Assembly (NCBI GenBank): GCA_026416535.1
Contig: JAOAFA010000098.1
Coordinates: 12,362 to 76,361, forward strand
From: Deltaproteobacteria bacterium
Lineage (GTDB): Bacteria > Myxococcota > SpSt-1050
DNA length: 64,000 nt
Reading direction: 5' to 3'
Shown here: positions 37,978 to 48,633 of the stretch, piece by piece
How positions within the stretch are numbered: the stretch's first letter is position 1
Layout: each line of letters begins with the position of its first letter
Position numbers and translations under genes: made by a program
The notes under the pieces: generated by a model
Databases searched by the model: none
Told to the model about the DNA's origin: nothing
Seen by the model: the letters and a program-made list of their open reading frames with translations, nothing else

Positions 37978-38876
37978 CTACAACTTAAGAGACTCTCAGT
38001 CTCAACCTGGATAGTTGTATGTTTTATATTGTATTTTTCTTTTAATAGCAACGATACGTTGCTAATGATTTTATCAGACTCAGCAAGTAAGCTCCTATCT
38101 GTTACAATATGAGCTGTAAATATGTATATCCCAGATGAGATGCTCCAGATATGGACATCATGAATGTCTTTAATACCTTCAATATTTGTCTTAATATCAA
38201 GTATTATCTCATTGATTTTTAAATCAGATGGCACAGACTCCATAAGAATATCGGTAGCACTCTTAACAAGCTTTATTGCATTAAACAAAATAACACCGCC
38301 TATTACTACGCTTAATATAGAATCTATAAACATAATGCCTGTAAAAATAATCAATATAGCTCCAATCACTACTCCAAAGGAAAAGATCGTATCTCCAACA
38401 ATGTGAAATAGCGCAGCCCTCACATTTAAATTTGAGATATAGTTCCTTAGGAGTAATAAGCCTATAATATTCGCAATCAAACCTACACTAGATATTACAA
38501 ACATCATCACTCCATCAATCTGTACAGGGTCATTATACCTCTTGATTGCACTATAAATTATGTAAAGCGATAGTAATATTAAAAAGCCGCTATTTATTAG
38601 AGATGCTAAAATCTCTGCTCTAAAATAACCATAAGTCTTATTAGAATCCGCTTTTTGTCCTGAGATAAGAAAAGCAAAATAACATATAAATAAGGTAGCA
38701 GAATCTGTAAGCATATGCCCAGCATCTGCAATAAGCGCATTACTCTTGGCAATTATACCTCCTATAAATTCAATAAAACATATTGAAATTGTCAAAATAA
38801 TCGTCCAAAATATCCTTTTTTGTCCCCTCTTATTCCCTGAAATCTCATCTTCAATTATGTAACACCTATACTTCAT
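37974..38876 (-). CDS. Cation diffusion facilitator (CzcD/ZitB-like Zn/Co/Cd exporter)
   Basis: ALIADAGHMLTD, TYGYFRAEIL, NVRAALFHIVGD, IHDVHIW, HTTIQVE. Confidence 0.93.
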   Translation of the reverse strand: MKYRCYIIEDEISGNKRGQKRIFWTIILTISICFIEFIGGIIAKSNALIADAGHMLTDSATLFICYFAFLISGQKADSNKTYGYFRAEILASLINSGFLILLSLYIIYSAIKRYNDPVQIDGVMMFVISSVGLIANIIGLLLLRNYISNLNVRAALFHIVGDTIFSFGVVIGAILIIFTGIMFIDSILSVVIGGVILFNAIKLVKSATDILMESVPSDLKINEIILDIKTNIEGIKDIHDVHIWSISSGIYIFTAHIVTDRSLLAESDKIISNVSLLLKEKYNIKHTTIQVETESLLSCR

Positions 38877-38882
38877 TATTTA

Positions 38883-41300
38883 TTAGTTTTTCTTAAGTAA
38901 TTTCTCTATTACAAAAACAGCCTCTATGGCATCTTTACCGTAATATGCCCCAATTTCTTTAGCAAATGAATCAGTTATTACTGCTCCTCCCACTACAACT
39001 GGTATATCTAATCCTACGTCATTCAAGAGTTCAATTACATCTCTCATCTTCCACATTGTAGTCGTCATCAGTGCTGACAAACCTATTATATCTGCACATG
39101 CCTCCTTTGCAGACTCGACAATTTTTCTAGCATTGACATTTTTACCTAAATCTATTACTTCAAAACCGTAATTTCTTAATACAGCTGACACGAGGTTTTT
39201 ACCCAGGTCATGCATATCCCCCTCTACGGTAGCAATCACTATCCTACCTCGTTTCTCAACATGTTCACCCTTTGCACTCTCCACTATTTTATTGAATGCT
39301 GATTGCGCCGCCTCAGCCGATAACATAACTTGTGGAAGATATATCTGGTTCAACCTGAACTTGTCTCCGATCTCCTTCATCGTTTTCACTATCTCATCCA
39401 GGAGAACTTTAGGATCATTCTTATCTAATAATTTTTCTGTTACTTTTACAGCATCATCTTTATCACCCAATACTATAGCATTTGAAAGCCTTAAAAGGGG
39501 GGGTATTTCAGACTCAAGTGCAGATGCATCACTAGGTGTGCTTTTAACCTTTAAACTTATATATCTTGCAAAATTCTTATCATATCCCAATAATGAAGAT
39601 GTTGCATATAAAGTCGCCATCACATTTTTATCAAGTGGATCAATAATCGCAGCTCTAAGTCCAGCATATAGAGCAAGTGACAAAAAGGCTGAATTAACAT
39701 AACTTCTCTTCGGAAGCCCGTAGCTTATATTACTTATTCCAAGAACTGTAAAACGACCTTTCATTTTAAACTCTCTTATAGCATACAATGTCTCCTCCAT
39801 TTGTTCCAAAGAAGTAGCGGCAGATAATGTTAGAAAATCAAAAAGTATATCCTCTGTTTTAAAACCACATAAAGTGGCCCTCTCTAAAATTCTCTCAGCG
39901 ATCTTTATTCTGTCTTTAGCCGTCTTTGGTATTCCATTTTCACTAATGGTTAAAACAACTAATGCTGCCCCATGTCTTTTTGCAAGTCTTAATCTAAATT
40001 CTAAGGAAGAATCATCTTTTATAGAGTTGACAAGTGCTCTACCTGAGACATACTTCAACGATTCCTGCAAAGCCAAGTCATCTACCGTATCAACAGATAT
40101 TGGAACATCTAACTGTTCTAAAATTTTCCTTATTATACTCGGTAATACTTCACCCTCTTTGGCAACAGTACTCCCCGCGTTTACATCAATTACATCAGCA
40201 CCTGCAGTTATTTGTTCCCTAGCCTCGTTTATAAATGAGGTATAATCTCCTCTCTTTAGCCCTTCAATTAAATGTTTCTTGTTTGTTGGATTTATTCTTT
40301 CACCAATTATTGCCGGGAAGGAACTTGGAGATATACTTACTAAAGAACCCCTCGAAGCAAGCACAAGTTTGGGCTTATATGTTGTGTTACTAAATGGTAT
40401 GGATTTTATTTTATCAATCTTGTCTTTTATTGCCAAAATATGTTCTGACGAGCTCCCACAGCATGCCCCAATCACTCTAACTCCACTATTAATAAGATTA
40501 TTGACCTCAGACGCCATATCAGATGGGGTCTCATGATAACAAACCATACCATTATTTATAATAGGTTTTCCTGCGTTCGGTAATGCAACTAATGGAACAG
40601 ATGTAAACTCTCGCATCTCCGATATTACATTTGAAGTCCATTTGGAACCTATCGAACAATTTACTCCTATTGCATCCACTTCGAGTTTAGATATGACCGA
40701 AGCCATTATCTGTGGTGTAGTGCCAAAAACAGTTCTCATATTCTCATCAAACGTCATCAAGGCCACAATAGGCTTTTTACTAACATCTCTTATAGCTATT
40801 ATAGCCGTTTTCAACTCATAGAGATCAATAAAAGTCTCAAGCCAAAATATATCCACACCTTCACTCTCGTATATCTTTGCAATCTCATAATAATAGTTAT
40901 ATATCTCATCAAAAGTAGCACTACCAAAGGGCAACATTAGTTCTCCAGTTGGACCGATGGAGACTGCCAAATACCTCTTGTTACCTATTACTGTTCTACA
41001 TATCTCAACACCTACCCTCGCAAGGTCAATTAATCTGCTCTCTAAGCCAAAATTCCTAAGTTTGGGTCTAATTGTATTGAACGTATTTGTCCTAATAATA
41101 TCTGACCCCACACTAAAATAGCTTTTTATTACCCTCTTCACTGGTTCAGGATTTTCAAGATTTAAGATATCAGGAATTGTATCAATTCTTACCCCAGCTC
41201 CAATAATGTTTGTAGCCATCGCTCCATCAGCTAGCAAAATCCTTTCCTTTATGTCCCTCCTAAAATCCACTACTAAACCTCTTTTATGGTAAGACTTCAA
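38883..41300 (-). CDS. metH: Cobalamin-dependent methionine synthase lacking the C-terminal AdoMet reactivation domain
   Basis: Hcy domain (DGAMAT, GVNCS, PNAG, GACCG), pterin domain (IGERINPT), B12 cap and GDMHDLGKN...GLSALMTTT; ends right after the B12 domain. Confidence 0.92.
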   Translation of the reverse strand: MKSYHKRGLVVDFRRDIKERILLADGAMATNIIGAGVRIDTIPDILNLENPEPVKRVIKSYFSVGSDIIRTNTFNTIRPKLRNFGLESRLIDLARVGVEICRTVIGNKRYLAVSIGPTGELMLPFGSATFDEIYNYYYEIAKIYESEGVDIFWLETFIDLYELKTAIIAIRDVSKKPIVALMTFDENMRTVFGTTPQIMASVISKLEVDAIGVNCSIGSKWTSNVISEMREFTSVPLVALPNAGKPIINNGMVCYHETPSDMASEVNNLINSGVRVIGACCGSSSEHILAIKDKIDKIKSIPFSNTTYKPKLVLASRGSLVSISPSSFPAIIGERINPTNKKHLIEGLKRGDYTSFINEAREQITAGADVIDVNAGSTVAKEGEVLPSIIRKILEQLDVPISVDTVDDLALQESLKYVSGRALVNSIKDDSSLEFRLRLAKRHGAALVVLTISENGIPKTAKDRIKIAERILERATLCGFKTEDILFDFLTLSAATSLEQMEETLYAIREFKMKGRFTVLGISNISYGLPKRSYVNSAFLSLALYAGLRAAIIDPLDKNVMATLYATSSLLGYDKNFARYISLKVKSTPSDASALESEIPPLLRLSNAIVLGDKDDAVKVTEKLLDKNDPKVLLDEIVKTMKEIGDKFRLNQIYLPQVMLSAEAAQSAFNKIVESAKGEHVEKRGRIVIATVEGDMHDLGKNLVSAVLRNYGFEVIDLGKNVNARKIVESAKEACADIIGLSALMTTTMWKMRDVIELLNDVGLDIPVVVGGAVITDSFAKEIGAYYGKDAIEAVFVIEKLLKKN

Positions 41301-42414
41301 ATAAAAACTCTATCTCATCTTCTGTTTGATAAAAATGAGGAGAGATTCTCAGATGATTGTTTCTTATTGAAACAATTATATTTTCAGCGAGTAGTTTTGA
41401 GACGAGCTCCTCGCAACTGAAATCTGGATGAGAAACAGCAATAATTCCCGCTCTCTCAGAATTACTCACGGGTCCAAAGATATGATACTTCCTTCTCTTA
41501 AGCTCTTCAAATATTATTTCAACATTTTTTGATAATAATCTATAAATAGTATTGTTGCCAATATTTTCACGAAATTTAAGGGCTGCCCCAAGTCCAATAA
41601 TACCTGCAAAGTTGGCATTATCACCTTCAAACTTTCTTGCAAAACCTTTAGATTCCATCTTGAAACCTTTTCTAGATTCCTCTTCTATGACAGACCTCCA
41701 ACTAATCTCTTCATAGTTTACTTCATCTATTATATCTTTTCTAATATAAAGTATAGCAACACCCTGAGGACCAAAAAGCCATTTACTTGCAGCAGTTGAC
41801 ATAAAATCAACTTTAAATTTCTTTACATCTACCGGAATCGCACCCACACCTTGAATACCATCAATGTAGAAGAAGATCCCCTTTTTTCTGCACATCTCAC
41901 CCACTTCCTCAACATAATTTCTAAAACCACTCCCATATTCTACAAGTGAAAGAGCTATTATCTTCGTCCTTGGATCAATAGATTTTTCAATATCCTTTGG
42001 GTCTATCCTACCATCTTTTGCACCTACGAACTTGATCTCTACACCTTTGGGAGTCATAGCCATCCAAGGGTAGATATTTGCTGGAAATTCTACATCAGCA
42101 GTTAAAATCCTTTCACCTCTTTTGAATCTTAGTCCCTTACAAATAATAGAAATTGCTTGTGAAGTACTTTTTATAAAAGCTATCTCTTCAGGATCAGCAT
42201 TTATCAGCCTCGCATACATCTCACGAGTTTTCTCTACTTGTCGAATCCACTTACGCTCATGCATATTACCATGATTCATGATATCCTCAATAAACTCTCT
42301 AATTGCCTCTACAACATCTATGGGCATGGGAGACGTACTTGCATGATTAAAAAATTTATGATGGGTGGTTATAGGAAAATGTTTTCTAATATCTGTTATA
42401 TCAATCTTACTCAT
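41284..42414 (-). CDS. Class V PLP-dependent aminotransferase / cysteine desulfurase-like protein
   Basis: FNHASTSP, EFPAN, DGIQGVG, SKWLFGP (PLP Lys), RISPHFY. Confidence 0.85.
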   Translation of the reverse strand: MSKIDITDIRKHFPITTHHKFFNHASTSPMPIDVVEAIREFIEDIMNHGNMHERKWIRQVEKTREMYARLINADPEEIAFIKSTSQAISIICKGLRFKRGERILTADVEFPANIYPWMAMTPKGVEIKFVGAKDGRIDPKDIEKSIDPRTKIIALSLVEYGSGFRNYVEEVGEMCRKKGIFFYIDGIQGVGAIPVDVKKFKVDFMSTAASKWLFGPQGVAILYIRKDIIDEVNYEEISWRSVIEEESRKGFKMESKGFARKFEGDNANFAGIIGLGAALKFRENIGNNTIYRLLSKNVEIIFEELKRRKYHIFGPVSNSERAGIIAVSHPDFSCEELVSKLLAENIIVSIRNNHLRISPHFYQTEDEIEFLFEVLP

Positions 42415-42495
42415 ATTATAAAAAATACTCTCTTTCCACTATGAGCCATGTGAGATTAATAACAAATATACATTTCTTTTGCAATGGAGATCTAC

Positions 42496-43743
42496 TTAAT
42501 GCTTAAACAAACGTTGCCCTGTAAAAACCATTGTTACACCAGCCTCATTACATGCTTCTATTACCTGATAATCGTTAACAGAACCACCGGGTTGAATTAC
42601 CGCTGTTATCCCCTCCTTTATCCCTACATCCACTCCGTCTCTAAAAGGGAAAAATCCATCTGAAACCATTACAGCACCTATAAGCCCCCCTTTTTTCTCC
42701 CTTACTTCTTCCTCAATTGCCCTCTTCTTGGACTCATCTTTTAAATCATAAAGTGAAATACCATACCTTTCAAAACAAATCTTATCAGCAAGTTTTGTAT
42801 ATGCCTTATACCTAGCAATCTCTGCAACCCCTACCCTATCCTGTTCACCCGTGCCAATTCCCACAGTGCACTCATCCTTTACATAAATAACGGAATTAGA
42901 AGTTACCCCTGACTCCACAAACCACCCAAAAAGCATATCTCTGTACTCCCTCTCTGTTGGTTCCCTGTTGATACGATACTTCTTGCCACCAAACTCTGCT
43001 TCAGCAATCTTAAGATCATCTCTGCCTCTTATAGAAATAATTTGAGAACGCTGAATTATAAGACTACCATCCATCAGAGATTTAAAATCAATAAAAGGAG
43101 TTACTATATACTTTTTAAGGTTATCCATGTTCCTTATTCGCATAATTCTAAGATTCTTCCTCTTAGTCAAAATATCTATAGCTCCATCTCCAAATTCTGG
43201 TGCGGCTACAACCTCCAAATATTTATCAGAAATTAATTCTGCCGCTATTTTATCTATCTCCCTATTGACTACCAACACCCCTCCAAAAGCCGCAATTCTA
43301 TCACTAAAATATGCTCTTAGAAACGCATCATAGATATTATCTGCTGACGCAACCCCACTTGGATTATTGTGTTTCATAATTGCAGCAGAAGGTTTATCAG
43401 ATAGAAACTTCAATATATTAAGAGCATTATCAACATCAGTTAGGTTAATTTTACCAGGGTGTTTGCCAAATTGAATCAGCTCTGCCTCCGGAAGCAATGA
43501 TAATTCGGGTCCAACATACTCGATATCTGCTATAACAAGATTCCCATTAACAAGCCTATAAAACGCTGCCTCCTGATCTGGGTTCTCTCCATACCTAAGT
43601 CCTCTCAATTCACCCTCAACTACCCAATTAACTTTTTCATACACCAATGTCTGCACCTTATTTTCAAACTCAAAATCTATCTTAATCCTCCTAGGGAAAT
43701 TATCTCGCACAATCCTATGATACATCTCTTTAATATTTATCAT
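42496..43743 (-). CDS. purH: AICAR transformylase half of split PurH
   Basis: LRYGENPDQ, MKHNNPSG, AAFGG, SNSV, GEQDR, SDGFFPFRDG, IQPGGS, RLFKH. Start moved to ATG 43743 (AAGGAGG RBS). Confidence 0.9.
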   Translation of the reverse strand: MINIKEMYHRIVRDNFPRRIKIDFEFENKVQTLVYEKVNWVVEGELRGLRYGENPDQEAAFYRLVNGNLVIADIEYVGPELSLLPEAELIQFGKHPGKINLTDVDNALNILKFLSDKPSAAIMKHNNPSGVASADNIYDAFLRAYFSDRIAAFGGVLVVNREIDKIAAELISDKYLEVVAAPEFGDGAIDILTKRKNLRIMRIRNMDNLKKYIVTPFIDFKSLMDGSLIIQRSQIISIRGRDDLKIAEAEFGGKKYRINREPTEREYRDMLFGWFVESGVTSNSVIYVKDECTVGIGTGEQDRVGVAEIARYKAYTKLADKICFERYGISLYDLKDESKKRAIEEEVREKKGGLIGAVMVSDGFFPFRDGVDVGIKEGITAVIQPGGSVNDYQVIEACNEAGVTMVFTGQRLFKH

Positions 43744-43756
43744 ATCACAACCTCCT

Positions 43757-44437
43757 TTATTTCTGATCCACAAAATTATAACACACCAGATCTTTCTCTG
43801 ATTTCATTGCCAGGTACTCACTTATCCATTTATCATACTCAGCAGTTCTATAAAATGCTTTTTTCGCAAGCTCAAATCTATCTTTTAATGTTAATGCCCC
43901 ATTACCCTTAATCAATTTCTGAATAATACTTTCATAATCATTTGGATCAACTACAACCGCTACCCTTAAATAGTTCTTCGCAGCGGCTCGTATCATCGTA
44001 GGACCTCCTATATCAATATTTGCCCTTGCCTCTTCAATGGTGGAGCCATCTTTTGAAATCACCTTTTCAAAAGGATATAGATTGACAACCACCATATCAA
44101 AACGCACTGATCCGGTTCTTTTCAAATCCTCCTCATGATACGGATTATACCTTTCAGTCAGTATCCCCAAATATACTTTAAAATCTAATGTCTTAACTAA
44201 TCCTCCTTGAGTTTCGGGCTGTTTTGTATATTCTGAAATCTGAATAAGCCTCTTTCGGTCATCTACAATCCCCTTTAAATACTCAAATGTTCCACCTGTA
44301 GAATAAATAGTTATATCTGGAATAACATTTAAAAGTCCTCCAACAAAATCGTCTAAATTATCTTTGTTAGAAACACTTATAATCACATTCTTAATTTTCA
44401 CCATATTATCAATTTCTCTCACAATATTGATACCCAT
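43757..44437 (-). CDS. purH: IMP cyclohydrolase (MGS-like) half of split PurH
   Basis: ISVSNK, STGGT, VKTL, VVNLYPF, NIDIGGPTMIRAAAKN, AFYRTAEYD. Confidence 0.9.
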   Translation of the reverse strand: MGINIVREIDNMVKIKNVIISVSNKDNLDDFVGGLLNVIPDITIYSTGGTFEYLKGIVDDRKRLIQISEYTKQPETQGGLVKTLDFKVYLGILTERYNPYHEEDLKRTGSVRFDMVVVNLYPFEKVISKDGSTIEEARANIDIGGPTMIRAAAKNYLRVAVVVDPNDYESIIQKLIKGNGALTLKDRFELAKKAFYRTAEYDKWISEYLAMKSEKDLVCYNFVDQK

Positions 44438-44514
44438 TATTTAACCTCCTAGAGAAACATTAATATAAACACTATTACTCAATAATCATCAGCAATTCGA
44501 GGCACCTTAAATAT

Positions 44515-46305
44515 CTATCGCTGATTAATGGTCCGTTCAAATGTTATTTTCTCACTAAGGGCGCCATTGTATTCATCATCGGTTAGATACCCAAACATAT
44601 TCATTCTGTAAAGTATATTCTGAACCCTCTCAATCCATTTATCCGGTATTTCATTTTTAATATAGTATACATAAAACCTATTTGGATTCGGAATTATAGA
44701 GGCTAAATAAGCAGCCTCAGAGGCTTTAAGCTCGGAGGGATATTTACCAAAATAGTGTCTAGATGCGGCGGCTATCCCGAAAATATCAGGACCCCATTCA
44801 ATACCATTTAAGTAAATCTCAAGTATTCTTTCTTTTGAAAGAGTAGCATCTAACTCTATAGCTAATAAAAGCTCTTTTGCCTTTCGAATAAGTGTCTTCT
44901 CTTTTGTAAGAAGCAAGTTTTTAACCAACTGCTGAGTTATTGTCGAGCCACCTCTTAAATAAGGCCTATCACTGCCTACATTATCAATAATAGCACTTTC
45001 TATCTCTTTGAATTCAACTCCTTTATGTCCAAAAAAACCGGCATCCTCACTTACAACAATAGCTCCATAAACAGATCTAGGTATATCAACAAGACTTACA
45101 TAATCTGGATTTTTTTGTCCAATTATTATCTTTCTTTTTTTTCCATTCCTACCAACGAACTCAAAAGAAAAATCTGATCTAAGATAATCAAATCTCTTTG
45201 AGATCTGTATAGGTTTTATTACCTCGCCATTTATTGATACATTATTAATCTTCTTTACTCGATTAATATTACCAGATATCGATATCTTCACTTTAATTTC
45301 ACCTTTCATATTAAAGTCTTTAAAATCCTCTCCACCGAAAAATGCTGCGATATCATTTAATTCAAATTTTTTACTTTCCAGATTTATAAAATAGTCCCCT
45401 CTAACAATCCTGCCAGATAAGACTAGATTCATCTCACTTACATTAATATTAATTTCATCCAATCTAATCATTTCCAGGGCAACAGAAAATAAAACTTTAC
45501 CATTTAGTAAAAATCTTTTTATCTCAAACGGTCTTTCACCTATAAAAGGATGAGAAATATACATATTGCTCACACTTGCATCATTAAACTCAAATTCAAT
45601 CTCATCACCTTTTTTTCTTACAGTAACATATCCGGTTAGTCTTCCGCTAATAAGACCAGAATACTTATTCAAATATCTATCTAATAAAAATGGTATGTCT
45701 ACATTAATAAAGGCTATTTTTGCTGATCTTGATCCTAAATCAATATCCTCAATTCTCATTTTGTATTTATCCTTTAATTCAACTTCAACATATTTATCTT
45801 TTAGAGAATATCTACCTACCAACTTAACTTCAAATGGAATTTTTCTATAGACTAATTTTAATTCATGAACTTTCATTGTAATATCATAATTTCCATAAGA
45901 GTCTTTTTGATGAATTTTTTTCTCCTGCCCTTTTATCTTCTCTAAAAGCTCTAAATCAACAATGCCTCTCCCGCAATTAATAAAGAAGCTATTCTTCCTA
46001 AATATTAACTTTTTTTCAATTCCCCAGAGGTGACAATCTCTCAACTCAGCTAAACTACTATTTCTATACAACAACCGCATCTCTAAGAATTCAACACCTG
46101 AGAATAACCCTATATCTCCAAGCTTATATGAAAACGACAAATTATCAAACCTAATTCTCCTATCAATTTCACTCGCAATCTTTCTTTTGAAGGAATCCGT
46201 ATTTAAATAAAGTTTTACAACAACAGAAGGTAATAAAAGAATGAAAGTTATGAGACAAAGAAGAATTATTAAAATACTAACTCTTCTATTTTTTATAAAT
46301 TTCAT
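44515..46305 (-). CDS. Monofunctional peptidoglycan transglycosylase (GT51) with long N-terminal beta-rich region
   Basis: SEDAGFFGHKG, GGSTITQQLVKNL, RKAKE, KERILEIYLN, GIAAASRHYF; N-terminal TM; no transpeptidase domain. Confidence 0.88.
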   Translation of the reverse strand: MKFIKNRRVSILIILLCLITFILLLPSVVVKLYLNTDSFKRKIASEIDRRIRFDNLSFSYKLGDIGLFSGVEFLEMRLLYRNSSLAELRDCHLWGIEKKLIFRKNSFFINCGRGIVDLELLEKIKGQEKKIHQKDSYGNYDITMKVHELKLVYRKIPFEVKLVGRYSLKDKYVEVELKDKYKMRIEDIDLGSRSAKIAFINVDIPFLLDRYLNKYSGLISGRLTGYVTVRKKGDEIEFEFNDASVSNMYISHPFIGERPFEIKRFLLNGKVLFSVALEMIRLDEININVSEMNLVLSGRIVRGDYFINLESKKFELNDIAAFFGGEDFKDFNMKGEIKVKISISGNINRVKKINNVSINGEVIKPIQISKRFDYLRSDFSFEFVGRNGKKRKIIIGQKNPDYVSLVDIPRSVYGAIVVSEDAGFFGHKGVEFKEIESAIIDNVGSDRPYLRGGSTITQQLVKNLLLTKEKTLIRKAKELLLAIELDATLSKERILEIYLNGIEWGPDIFGIAAASRHYFGKYPSELKASEAAYLASIIPNPNRFYVYYIKNEIPDKWIERVQNILYRMNMFGYLTDDEYNGALSEKITFERTINQR

Positions 46306-47231
46306 ACAAAAACATAATCTTGCAACCTAAAATCAGATAGCCTCTTTACTCTATCTGGCTTAAATTCATCTATAAAAGACTTTAACCTGTCAAGTTTTAT
46401 TCTCAGAGGGATGTTAATATCAAATTGAGCCTTACAGAGTCTATCATCTTTAACATCATCTCTATCTATAAAATCTAAACCATGTAATTCTATGTGAAGA
46501 AAATCTTGTAACTTTGCCTTCTTTTTCAGATAGTTGTATAAAATATTTTTAGAACCCATAATGAATGTCCCTATGAAAGGGATGCCTAGTCTTCCCGCAA
46601 CAGATATAGGAATCTCCAATATACTACTATACCTCACCGCCCTTGAATATAAATCAGGACCCATTGGATATATCCTTCTCTCAGCAAAAGGCATCTTAAT
46701 GCTACCACAGATACTCTTTGTCTTCCTTCCAATTAACCTATAAAATCCTATAACCGCACATTTTAAAAAATAATAAAATGGGCTTGGGAGAATTGAAGAA
46801 TCGTATCTATATTCCATATTTGTAATTAACCTTATAAAGTGAGGATGCATGTTATATCCCGGTGCCCTAAATCCAATCGGCCTTACACCTAGCCTGTCAC
46901 CAATAATTTTGTGGCAACCTTCTATCTCTTCTTCAATAATATTTTCAGGCAAGAGTGAGAGATTATACAAATGACTATAAGAATGGTTAGCAATTTCATA
47001 ACCCATAGATATTGCATCCTTCAGAGACGATACCGTCCTTTCATCATTCAACTCCCTCCCTACCACAAATAAAGTTGGCTTAATATTAATGCCTACAAAA
47101 AAATTATAGATTCTTTCTAAAGCCTTTGTATATACTACATTCTGAATCTTGTTTTCTGGTATCTCAATCCCATGTATGTCATAATAGCAAGATAGTGGGT
47201 CTAAATCTATAGAAATACAAATCTCTTTCAT
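46302..47231 (-). CDS. Polysaccharide deacetylase (CE4/NodB-like)
   Basis: SIDLD, TLFVVG, EIANHSYSH, GFRAPGY, YDSS, ELH. Confidence 0.88.
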   Translation of the reverse strand: MKEICISIDLDPLSCYYDIHGIEIPENKIQNVVYTKALERIYNFFVGINIKPTLFVVGRELNDERTVSSLKDAISMGYEIANHSYSHLYNLSLLPENIIEEEIEGCHKIIGDRLGVRPIGFRAPGYNMHPHFIRLITNMEYRYDSSILPSPFYYFLKCAVIGFYRLIGRKTKSICGSIKMPFAERRIYPMGPDLYSRAVRYSSILEIPISVAGRLGIPFIGTFIMGSKNILYNYLKKKAKLQDFLHIELHGLDFIDRDDVKDDRLCKAQFDINIPLRIKLDRLKSFIDEFKPDRVKRLSDFRLQDYVFV

Positions 47232-48619
47232 CTACCAATTTTCTTTTTCTTCCTTTTCAAAACCCATCCTTCAATATTTTTTTGGACTACTCGAGACAAG
47301 GCGAGTGAATTTGCAGGAACATCCTCAGTAATAGTACTCCCCGCACCAATGTATGCATTTCTCCCTATCCTAACAGGAGCCACGAGTTGGGTATCTGACC
47401 CAACAAATACTCCATCTTCAAGTACAGTCTTGTATTTTCTCTCTCCATCATAATTACATGTGATAGTACCGGCTCCCACATTAACACCATCTCCGATTTC
47501 AGCGTCTCCCAAATAAGCAAGATGGTTTGCCTTGCTACCTTTCCCTATATGAGTCTTTTTTAATTCCACAAAATTTCCGATGTGAACTTCCTCTTCAACA
47601 ATTGTATCAGGTCTGAGTCTGGCAAACGGTCCTATAATCGAATTCTTAAGCACAATAGCCTTGTCAATATAACAATAGGCCTTTACAGTTACAGAATCAC
47701 TTAATTTCGAATCAGCAATAATTGTTCCATTCTCAATCACTACATTGCTACCTATCTCACTTTTGCCTAATATAAAAACATTGGGATATATTACTGTATC
47801 GCGTCCTATCTCTACGTCTCTGCCTATGTAGACGGTATCAGGACTAATTATTGTAACACCATTTACCATGTGTGCAGTATTAATCCTTTTCTGCAAAATC
47901 CTTAATATCTCTGAGAGCTCAACCCTATTATTAGCACCAAGCAAAAACTCCCTCTTCGATTCTAATATTTTTACATCTATGTGATCCGATATAGCATACT
48001 GGAATATATCTGGAAAATAATATTCTCTCTGAGAATTTTTATTTTTAATCTTGCCTATATACTTTCTAACTAACCTCGTCGAGCAAAGATACAATCCAGC
48101 ATTTACCTCTTTTATATTCTTCTCTAAATCTGTCGCATCCCTCTCCTCTACAATTTTCAACAGATTATCCTTCCTATCTCTCACAATCCTTCCATAACCA
48201 TAAGGGTCTTCAGTCAGAAAGGAGGTAACAACAAATTTTTCCTCACCAAATGAATGCATCAGTTCCAATATTATAGTCTCATCAATAAGTGGCATATCAC
48301 CATACACAATAATAAATTTCTCACTACCTACTTTAGGCAGAGCAACTCTTACAGCATCTCCGGTCCCTTTTTGATCCTTCTGGATGACAAATGAAAAAAT
48401 TTTTTCACCAAATTCGGATATCAAATACTCCTTTACCTTTTCTGCACCAAAACCCAAAACAACAACAATATCCTCTATTCCAGCCCGCAAAAGAGCTCTT
48501 AATGGATAATAAATCATTGGTTTATCAATGAGCTTATGCATTACTTTAGGCAAATCAGATTTAAACCTTACACCCTTTCCAGCAGCAAGTAAAACAGCTG
48601 ATATTTTATTGGCTCTCAT
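47228..48619 (-). CDS. glmU: Bifunctional UDP-GlcNAc pyrophosphorylase / GlcN-1-P acetyltransferase
   Basis: LAAGKGVRFKSDLPKVMH, GTGDAV, YGRIVR, EVNAG, GPFARLRP, GNFVELK, GAGTITCNYDG. Confidence 0.98.
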   Translation of the reverse strand: MRANKISAVLLAAGKGVRFKSDLPKVMHKLIDKPMIYYPLRALLRAGIEDIVVVLGFGAEKVKEYLISEFGEKIFSFVIQKDQKGTGDAVRVALPKVGSEKFIIVYGDMPLIDETIILELMHSFGEEKFVVTSFLTEDPYGYGRIVRDRKDNLLKIVEERDATDLEKNIKEVNAGLYLCSTRLVRKYIGKIKNKNSQREYYFPDIFQYAISDHIDVKILESKREFLLGANNRVELSEILRILQKRINTAHMVNGVTIISPDTVYIGRDVEIGRDTVIYPNVFILGKSEIGSNVVIENGTIIADSKLSDSVTVKAYCYIDKAIVLKNSIIGPFARLRPDTIVEEEVHIGNFVELKKTHIGKGSKANHLAYLGDAEIGDGVNVGAGTITCNYDGERKYKTVLEDGVFVGSDTQLVAPVRIGRNAYIGAGSTITEDVPANSLALSRVVQKNIEGWVLKRKKKKIGR

Positions 48620-48633
48620 ATATTTGATTCCAA

